From Candidatus Micrarchaeia archaeon (GTDB lineage Archaea > Micrarchaeota > Micrarchaeia > Anstonellales > Anstonellaceae), in contig JBAYHU010000002.1 of NCBI GenBank assembly GCA_041665945.1, positions 107,350 to 171,349 of the forward strand: a stretch of 64,000 nt of DNA. Reading direction: 5' to 3'. Of this stretch, positions 57,458 through 64,000 are shown one piece after another; the stretch's first letter is position 1, and each line of letters opens with the position of its first letter. Both the position numbers and the translations under genes were made by a program. The notes below the pieces were generated by a model that saw only the letters and a program-made list of their open reading frames with translations, was not told the origin of the DNA and ran no database searches.

Positions 57458-58165
57458 TTACTTGAGGTATTTCTCGACCTCTTTCTGCGTGAGAACCTTG
57501 AACTCCTTGGTCTTCATTGTCGCGACAGCGATTTCAAGCGTGTCGGGCTTGATTTGCAGGTCGCCGGACTTCTTGAGAGCCTTGATTGCAAGCGCAATCG
57601 CCTCGTCCTGCGAGAGGTTCTGCTTGTATTCCTTCTCGAAGAACTCCTCGACTTCCTTCTTGCCAGAGCCCACCGCATCCGCGAGGTAGCCCGTGAGCGC
57701 GCCTGACGGCTCTGCTTCGTAAAGCCTCGGCTCGGAGTCAACTCCGCCGACCAGAAGGGATACGCCGAACGGGCGGATTCCCCCATACTGGGTGTAGACC
57801 TGCATGAGGTCGCAAAGCTCCTTGGAAATCAATTCGACGGACGCCGGCTCGGAGTACGCGAGGCGGTGCCTCTGCGATTCAAGGCGGGCGAGGTCAACAA
57901 GGCGGCGGGCGTCGGCGATAAGACCGGATGCCGTTGCCGCGATGTGCCTGTCGATTTCGAATATCTTCTTCATGGATTCGGGAACGAGAAGCTTGGAGGG
58001 CGCGTTCTTGTACGCCATGAGAAGCACTCCGTCCTCGAAGACCATGCCGATTGCCGTTGCTCCCCTCTTGACAGCTTCCTTGGCGTATTCCACCTGGAAG
58101 AGCCGCCCGTCGGGCGAGAAAACGGTGATTGCCCGGTCATATGCCTGTTGCGCTGGAGGATACAT
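57458..58165 (-). CDS. psmA: Proteasome alpha subunit
   Basis: YDRAITVFSPDGRLFQVEYA. Confidence 0.97.
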   Translation of the reverse strand: MYPPAQQAYDRAITVFSPDGRLFQVEYAKEAVKRGATAIGMVFEDGVLLMAYKNAPSKLLVPESMKKIFEIDRHIAATASGLIADARRLVDLARLESQRHRLAYSEPASVELISKELCDLMQVYTQYGGIRPFGVSLLVGGVDSEPRLYEAEPSGALTGYLADAVGSGKKEVEEFFEKEYKQNLSQDEAIALAIKALKKSGDLQIKPDTLEIAVATMKTKEFKVLTQKEVEKYLK

Positions 58166-58328
58166 AGGTTCCACCTCTACAGAGATTTTCTGCCTCATTC
58201 TTAAGAGAAGACACAATTACTAAGTCGGTCTCCTTTTTGTTTTCTTGTTTACGTCCCTATTGTCCATGGGAGGGTTTAAAAGGTTTCTTGGGAGGCGACG
58301 GGTTGGGCGTTCGACGCCGGAGGGGCGC

Positions 58329-58724
58329 TTACTTCGGCTCCTGCCGCGTGATGCCCTTCACTTTGTCAAAATCCCGGTCATAGCTGCAGATTACGCCTAT
58401 GCCGGCAAGTTTCATCGTGGCGGCGTGGAATGCGTCAGTAACCTGCAAGCCGTCTTTTATGTAATGTATGGAAGCGATGGCTGTTTTTTCATCTATTGGC
58501 AAGACTGAGAGGGCGTTGAGGGAGGAAACGTGCTTATGGGCGTCTTCGACTCCAGCTATGCCCCGCGCCTCCTGCAGAAAATAGAACACCTCGTTGATGA
58601 CAAGGGCGCTCGTGGTAGCGTGCTGCTCCCCTCTGGCGACCCTGTCCAAAAGCGCCCGGGATTTCTTCCCTTTCTCAAGCGAATCGGTATAGGCGTAGAT
58701 AAAGATATTCGCATCAATGAACAT
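58329..58724 (-). CDS. vapC: VapC PIN-domain toxin
   Basis: FIDANIF, NEV, DAFHAAT, SYDRDFD. Confidence 0.9.
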   Translation of the reverse strand: MFIDANIFIYAYTDSLEKGKKSRALLDRVARGEQHATTSALVINEVFYFLQEARGIAGVEDAHKHVSSLNALSVLPIDEKTAIASIHYIKDGLQVTDAFHAATMKLAGIGVICSYDRDFDKVKGITRQEPK

Positions 58725-58965
58725 TCTTCATTACCTCTGCGACTTTCCGCTTTTCGAGCTTGGTCATGAGCTTGTCCACTTCATCGGTTGTGTAGATTGC
58801 GTGCTTCGCCCTGATTTTCTCAAGCTCCTTCACAGGATCGTACTTTTCAAGGACGATTTTCCCCCCTTCGACGTTGACATTGAGGTTTGTCCCAGGGGTT
58901 ATTTTCAGCATGTCCCGTATGTATTTGGGAATGACAATCTGCCCTCGCTCGTAGACTTCGACCAT
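58714..58965 (-). CDS. AbrB/MazE-family antitoxin
   Basis: ERGQIVIPK.IRD.L.I.PG; overlaps vapC. Confidence 0.88.
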   Translation of the reverse strand: MVEVYERGQIVIPKYIRDMLKITPGTNLNVNVEGGKIVLEKYDPVKELEKIRAKHAIYTTDEVDKLMTKLEKRKVAEVMKNVH

Positions 58966-59109
58966 GGGAATCACTAATTCATACTGGTCGGTATGAATTT
59001 TATAATGATATGCCCCGAAGCCCAAAAGCTCACCAGATGAAACTGCTTTTGCGGTGTTTAAAAGGAAAAGCAAAGCTGGATGCCGGTGAAATAAAGAGAA
59101 AGGCGGGAT

Positions 59110-60534
59110 TCAGAGCTTTTCCTTCTTGCTTGGTCTTGTGAGCCGCTTTTCGGACATCAATAAGTCGAATTGCCGCTCTGTCAGCAGCTTTTCCTCCAGA
59201 ACCACTTGTTTGATGCCCTTGCCTTCCTTTTGGGCGCGCTTGACAAGCTCGCTCATTTTCGCGTAGCCGAAATAGGGGGCGAGCGCGGTGAGCGAGATTA
59301 GGGTGGATTCGAGGTTTTTCCTGATTTTCTCGCGGTTTATCTTCAAGCCTGCGATGCAGTCCTTGCGAAGCATGGCACAGCCGTTCGCCATGAGGGTTTG
59401 CGACTCGGATAGGCAGTGGAGGATAAGCGGAGTTTGAACGTTGAGCTGGAGCTGCCCGCCGATTGTGGCGAGTTCAACCGAGCGGTCGTTGCCAAGCACG
59501 CGGTTTGCAATCATCTCGGCGCATTCCGGCACAGAGGGATTCACTTTTCCGGGCATGATGGACGAGCCGGGCTCGACTTCGGGAAGCTGGTATTCGCCAA
59601 GCGCGGTATTCGGACCGGATGACAAGAGCTTCAGGTCGTTTGAGAGCTTGTGCATGGTGAGCGCAAGGGCGCGGAGCGCGGCGGAATAGTTCGCAAAGTC
59701 GGATGCCTGCGCTGTGAGGCGGAAGAGGTTCTTGCCTTCAACAACGCGGATGCCTGTGTTTATGGCGATGCGCTTTGTTACGAGGCGCTTGTAGTTTGGA
59801 TGGGTGTTTATTCCGGAGCCAAGCGCGGTTGCGCCTATGGGCAGTTCGCGGAGCTCATCTGCGGCAGCGTTGAGGCAGGAAATGTCCTTGCGAAGAGCGG
59901 ATGAAAAAGCGGAAAGTTCGTCGCCGACTGTGAGGGGGACTGCGTCCATAAGGTGCGTCCTGCCTGCCTTTACGACCTTGGAGAATTCGCGCGCCTTCCT
60001 GTCTATTTCGCGGGCGAGCTTTTCCGCTTCTGCCACGACTTGCGGATGCTCGGAGAGAAGAGTGAGGCGGATTGCCGTGGGAATTGCGTCGTTGGAAGAC
60101 TGGGACATGTTCACCGAGTTGTTCGGGTGCACGAGCTTGTAGCTGCCCTTTTTCCCGCCAAGCAATTCTTCCGCGCGGTTGGCAAGCACTTCGTTCATGT
60201 TCATGTTGAAGGGGGTGCCTGCGCCTGCTGTGAAGGAGTCAAGAGGGAACTGGGAGGAAAAGCGGGATTTTGAGGATGGGGCTGAAGAAAACTCTTCAGC
60301 GACCTCTTTTGCCGCCCTTGCGATTGCCGAGCCGGTGCGGGTTTTGAGGGAGCCGGTTGCCACGTTCGCCTCTGCCGCGCTTTTCTTCACAAGAGCAAGC
60401 TGTCGAATGAAGGTGCGCGAGGGGCGGTGGGAAGAGATGCGGAAGTTGTTGCCTGCGCGGACTGTGAAAATGCCGAAATACGCTTCGGACGGAACTGACA
60501 CTTTGCCTATGAAATCCTCTTCAATGCGTGCCAT
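59110..60534 (-). CDS. aspA: Aspartate ammonia-lyase (fumarase/aspartase family)
   Basis: GSSIMPGKVNP, SQSSND, GRTHL.DA. AGAGT..NMN favours aspartase over FumC (TGSGT), but is not decisive. Confidence 0.72.
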   Translation of the reverse strand: MARIEEDFIGKVSVPSEAYFGIFTVRAGNNFRISSHRPSRTFIRQLALVKKSAAEANVATGSLKTRTGSAIARAAKEVAEEFSSAPSSKSRFSSQFPLDSFTAGAGTPFNMNMNEVLANRAEELLGGKKGSYKLVHPNNSVNMSQSSNDAIPTAIRLTLLSEHPQVVAEAEKLAREIDRKAREFSKVVKAGRTHLMDAVPLTVGDELSAFSSALRKDISCLNAAADELRELPIGATALGSGINTHPNYKRLVTKRIAINTGIRVVEGKNLFRLTAQASDFANYSAALRALALTMHKLSNDLKLLSSGPNTALGEYQLPEVEPGSSIMPGKVNPSVPECAEMIANRVLGNDRSVELATIGGQLQLNVQTPLILHCLSESQTLMANGCAMLRKDCIAGLKINREKIRKNLESTLISLTALAPYFGYAKMSELVKRAQKEGKGIKQVVLEEKLLTERQFDLLMSEKRLTRPSKKEKL

Positions 60535-60570
60535 CGAGATACCCCCCGATTTATTCTTGTTATAAGAATT

Positions 60571-60649
60571 AAAGAAGCTTTGCCGGGCGGCTTGCCCAAG
60601 CCCCTTCTGCCAGCCGGTGTTGCAGGCAAAGAAGCTTTGCCGGGCGGCT
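60571..60649. repeat. 22-bp perfect direct repeat with 35-bp spacer
   Basis: AAAGAAGCTTTGCCGGGCGGCT at 60571-60592 and 60628-60649. Confidence 0.85.
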
Positions 60650-60651
60650 GC

Positions 60652-61443
60652 CTAAACCTGCTTGCCCTCGCCCGTGTTGTAGGAAATCATGCGGCGAATC
60701 ATGTCGCACATCTCGTAGAACTCCGGGTCGCGCTCGTGGTCGTATCTCGGGCGCGGGATGTCAATCGGGATGTCGCCAATCACCCTGCCCGGGCGCTTGG
60801 AAAGCACGATGACGCGGTCAGCCATCATCACTGCTTCTTCTATCAGGTGGGTAATCATGAGGAAGGTGTTGGTGACTGTTTTCGCGTCGTTCCAGATTTC
60901 CAGAACATCGCGGCGCAATTGGTTCGCCGTCATGGCGTCAAGCGCGGAGAAGGGCTCGTCCATGAGCAAAACGCAGGGCTCAACGGCAAGGGCGCGGGCT
61001 ATTCCCACGCGCTGCTTCATGCCGCCCGAAAGCTCGTAGGGGTAGGCGTCGGCAAAGTCGTCGAGGTCCATGAGCCGGATGTATTTGAGAACGGTGGGCT
61101 TGCGCTTTTCCTTCGGAACCCCGATGGACTGCAAGCCGAGTTCTATGTTCTCGTAAACAGTGCGCCAGGGAAGAAGCGCGAATGTCTGGAAAATCATCGC
61201 AGAGGTGCGGGGATTTGGCCCTGTGATGTCGCGCCCGCGGAAAAGCGCCTTGCCCGTTGTCGCAGTGTCAAGCCCGGCAACAATCCGGAGAAGAGTGGAC
61301 TTGCCGCAGCCGGACGGCCCCAAGACGCACACGAACTCGTGCTCGTTTATGGAAAATGAGACGTCGTCGAGGATTTTCTTCCTCATCCTGCCCTCGGAAT
61401 ATTCCCTGCCCACGTGCTTGACTTCTATTTCGGGAACGAACAT
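60652..61443 (-). CDS. NitT/TauT-family ABC transporter ATPase
   Basis: GPSGCGKST, LLPWRTV, LSGGMKQR, LLMDEPFSALD. Confidence 0.93.
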   Translation of the reverse strand: MFVPEIEVKHVGREYSEGRMRKKILDDVSFSINEHEFVCVLGPSGCGKSTLLRIVAGLDTATTGKALFRGRDITGPNPRTSAMIFQTFALLPWRTVYENIELGLQSIGVPKEKRKPTVLKYIRLMDLDDFADAYPYELSGGMKQRVGIARALAVEPCVLLMDEPFSALDAMTANQLRRDVLEIWNDAKTVTNTFLMITHLIEEAVMMADRVIVLSKRPGRVIGDIPIDIPRPRYDHERDPEFYEMCDMIRRMISYNTGEGKQV

Positions 61444-61453
61444 GCCTGCACCT

Positions 61454-63202
61454 TCACACGTTTTCGAACTTGAACCGCTCCGCGTAATTGAAAAGCGGCC
61501 GCCATATCAAGTAATTCATCAGAAGCACAATCGCGCTCATGGTCGCGACAATCAGCGTTATTTCCCACGGCTCCGGGACCGCGGCAAGCGTTGCCTGGTT
61601 GAGGTACGCCCCCAGCCCCTGCACCTGGTATACTTGCCCGCCGTAATTTATATATTCGCTGACAATCAGCGCGTTCCACGCCCCGCCCCATGCCTGTATG
61701 CTTCCAAGCAGAAGCCCGGGGATTATCGCGGGGAAGACCACGGTGGAATAGAACTGCCATCCGCGCAGGTCGAACGCGCGGGACGCCTCGAGGATGTTGC
61801 CGGGAATGGACTTCACAGCCCCGACTATGTTGAAGAACAGGTACCACTGCGTGCCTGTGAGGAGCAGCAGGATTGACGCAATTTCCACGCTCATGCCTGA
61901 CCCGCCGAACATGGAAATCACCATTATCACTATGAAGGGGAAAAGCGCGAGCGCGGGAGTGGACTGCCCGATGTCAAACATGGGCATGAAAATCGCCTGG
62001 AGCTTCTTGCTTCGCGCGACCGCGATTCCCGCGACAAGCGTCCAGGCAAGGGCGATTATGTACGCCACGAAAATCCTGCTTGCGGAATAAAGCCCGAAGA
62101 GCGGGAGATTCTGCAGGTTGGGGCGCGTGTCAAGCACGTGGGCAAGGCTTTGCAAAGGGAGCACGGAGAGCGCTGCCGCCACGAAAAACGCGAGGCACGC
62201 CATGATGGTCGCGAAGAGGAACACGTAAAGCGCGATTGTGAGGAGCGTCGCCCTTGTATGCCGCTTCTTGGAGGGCACGTGCTCGAGGAAGCGGAATGTC
62301 TTGCCGTACCTCTGCTGCAGCGACACCATGAACAGGTCCAGCCTGTCGCCGTATTTCGCGTCGAGCTTGTCCACGAAATAGATGAGGTGGCGGATGGGCC
62401 CGAACTCGGAATACACCAGCGGCTGCGTGCCTTCGGACACCATGGTCTGGGTGTTGAAGTATTTGGCGAACTCGGACAGGGGCTTCCACACAAAGGAGTT
62501 GATGAAGAAAACCACGAAGACAAACACGCAGAGCCCGAGGAAAGCCGAGGGCAGGTTGCCGAGGGAGAACACCGCGCTGCCGAGGAACGAGCCTATGCCG
62601 GGGAGCACGTGCACGGACGTCCCGTAGGAGAGCATCTCCGCGGCGACGAGGAAATACCAGCCGCCGCCCCACGCGAGGATGGAGCCGGTGACAAACGAGG
62701 GGAAAATTGCGGGAAGGACAATGTGGCGCACGTAGCGCCAGCCGCGCACCCCGAATGCGTTGGAAGCCTCGCGCAGGTCGTTGGGGATGTTGCGCACCGC
62801 GCCAAGCACGGAGAATGTGACAGCCCACGCCATGCCGGTGAAGATGAGAAGGATGGAGGCAAGCTCGTAGCCAAGCTCGCCCGGAAGCGCGCCTGAGAAC
62901 ATCAGAATCACGGGGGGCAGGTAGCCAAGCACGGGAATCGATTGCAGGATGTCAAGCACGGGAAGGAGGAAAATGCGCGGGCGGCGGTAAAGCCCCGCGA
63001 TTATGCCGAATGTCAGCCCGAATATCACGACAAGGACATAAGCCGCGAGCATGCGCAGCACCGAGCGGAAGACAAAATAGGGGAGAAGCAGCACCTGCGG
63101 GTTTGCAAACACGCTGTCCCACTGCCCAAAATAAGTGAACACGACCGCCGGCGCGGCAAGAAGGGTGAGAAGGACGGCGATTATCGTCTTGAGGTTTTTC
63201 AA
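61454..63202 (-). CDS. NitT/TauT-family ABC permease (duplicated TMD)
   Basis: Two permease repeats (DILQSIP...EAS.AF / DIGQSTP...EAS.AF). Confidence 0.9.
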   Translation of the reverse strand: MKNLKTIIAVLLTLLAAPAVVFTYFGQWDSVFANPQVLLLPYFVFRSVLRMLAAYVLVVIFGLTFGIIAGLYRRPRIFLLPVLDILQSIPVLGYLPPVILMFSGALPGELGYELASILLIFTGMAWAVTFSVLGAVRNIPNDLREASNAFGVRGWRYVRHIVLPAIFPSFVTGSILAWGGGWYFLVAAEMLSYGTSVHVLPGIGSFLGSAVFSLGNLPSAFLGLCVFVFVVFFINSFVWKPLSEFAKYFNTQTMVSEGTQPLVYSEFGPIRHLIYFVDKLDAKYGDRLDLFMVSLQQRYGKTFRFLEHVPSKKRHTRATLLTIALYVFLFATIMACLAFFVAAALSVLPLQSLAHVLDTRPNLQNLPLFGLYSASRIFVAYIIALAWTLVAGIAVARSKKLQAIFMPMFDIGQSTPALALFPFIVIMVISMFGGSGMSVEIASILLLLTGTQWYLFFNIVGAVKSIPGNILEASRAFDLRGWQFYSTVVFPAIIPGLLLGSIQAWGGAWNALIVSEYINYGGQVYQVQGLGAYLNQATLAAVPEPWEITLIVATMSAIVLLMNYLIWRPLFNYAERFKFENV

Positions 63203-63276
63203 CTATCGCACCCGCTGCACTTGTGTTGGAAAAATGAAAAGGAAAAATGAAAAAGAAAAAAAAGGGATGAAGGCGC

Positions 63277-63792
63277 TTAGGACGCCTTCACTGTCTTGGT
63301 GACGAGGTTCGCGCTCACCGTGCGGAGGGGGTAGTTGTCGCCATCCTCCTCGTTGTGGTAGAACACCCAAATCTTGCCTGAGAAGTCAGCGCCCGGGTTC
63401 GTCTCAAAGGGCGTGATGCCATCGACCTTTGTGCAGATGGGCTGCGTGGCGGTGGTGTTGCCGAGGTCGTAGGTGGACTGCTTGAGCATCGTCATGTTGG
63501 CGAAGTAGCCGTGCCCGGATGACGGAGCCTCGGGCGCGTTCGGGGTCTTGTCCGCCGTGCAGACCACACCCACGAGCTTGATGTTGTTCGGGTTGCCATT
63601 CGTCAGGGGGAGGAACAGATTGCCCGCCGTGTCGATGAGAGGCGCTCCGCATGTGAAGCCCACGCGCTCGAAGGAGCATCCCTGCGGGGCGGAGAACAGG
63701 TTGAGCGAAACGAGTATCGCAATCACGATGACAATGACCAAGAGAGCCCAGCCATAGGTCATCAGGTATTCCATAGCCGCTTGGGCTTTCAT
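63277..63792 (-). CDS. Archaeal type IV pilin (class III signal peptide)
   Basis: MKA/QAAMEYLMTYGWALLVIVIVIAIL. Confidence 0.88.
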   Translation of the reverse strand: MKAQAAMEYLMTYGWALLVIVIVIAILVSLNLFSAPQGCSFERVGFTCGAPLIDTAGNLFLPLTNGNPNNIKLVGVVCTADKTPNAPEAPSSGHGYFANMTMLKQSTYDLGNTTATQPICTKVDGITPFETNPGADFSGKIWVFYHNEEDGDNYPLRTVSANLVTKTVKAS

Positions 63793-63872
63793 TTTCTTCA
63801 GAATGTTTCCAGTCAACCAAACCACCTCTATCAATCATCATTCATCCTGTCGTGTTTCCAATCAAAGGAATA

Positions 63873-63998
63873 TCATACGTAAATGTTCGAAAGCATCCCC
63901 TCAAGCAGGTAGGACGTCACGAAGAATATCACAAGCGAAACCGCGAGGAGCACAGGCACATAGGGGATGCCGTCGCGCTTGCTGCCCTTTGAAATCAC
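63873..63998 (-). CDS. 3' end of a membrane protein, probably T2SS-F/TadC-like pilus platform (partial)
   Basis: Own translation: VISKGSKRDGIPYVPVLLAVSLVIFFVTSYLLEGMLSNIYV*; directly upstream of the pilin. Confidence 0.55.
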   Translation of the reverse strand: MISKGSKRDGIPYVPVLLAVSLVIFFVTSYLLEGMLSNIYV

Positions 63999-64000
63999 GC

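Overview
Archaeal chromosome segment, GC-rich in coding regions. It is most likely from a DPANN archaeon, probably Micrarchaeota (inference from gene content and the KAQAAMEYLMTYGW pilin). Most of it is core housekeeping: dnaJ, class I lysS, uL16, uL1-uL10-P1, psmB-aCPSF1, aspS, alba, glmU/glmM, sec61beta, the PAC2-nop10-aIF2alpha-eS27-eL42-GINS-primase block, tRNA-Thr(GGT), purA, the exosome/proteasome superoperon, aspA, an ABC transporter and a pilin. It also carries a clustered archaeal-type lower mevalonate/lipid pathway (carS, AcnX small and large, UbiD, UbiX, IPK) with an unexplained duplicated Cys-rich gene inside it. There are two TA pairs, a divergent active/degenerate KaiC pair and several isolated orphan genes (ART-like, zincin-like). 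The most unusual signal is non-coding. After the dnaJ stop, and again at the tRNA-Thr 3' end, the gene terminus is repeated in alternating orientation (X, X', X...). Each turn is a GA-[hairpin with GAA/CGCA/CGTA-type loop]-GA linker. All five forward dnaJ copies still read Met-Phe-Arg-stop, using synonymous codons with compensating opposite arms. No enzyme that could explain this is evident in the window. All calls come from reading motifs by eye; no database searches were run.
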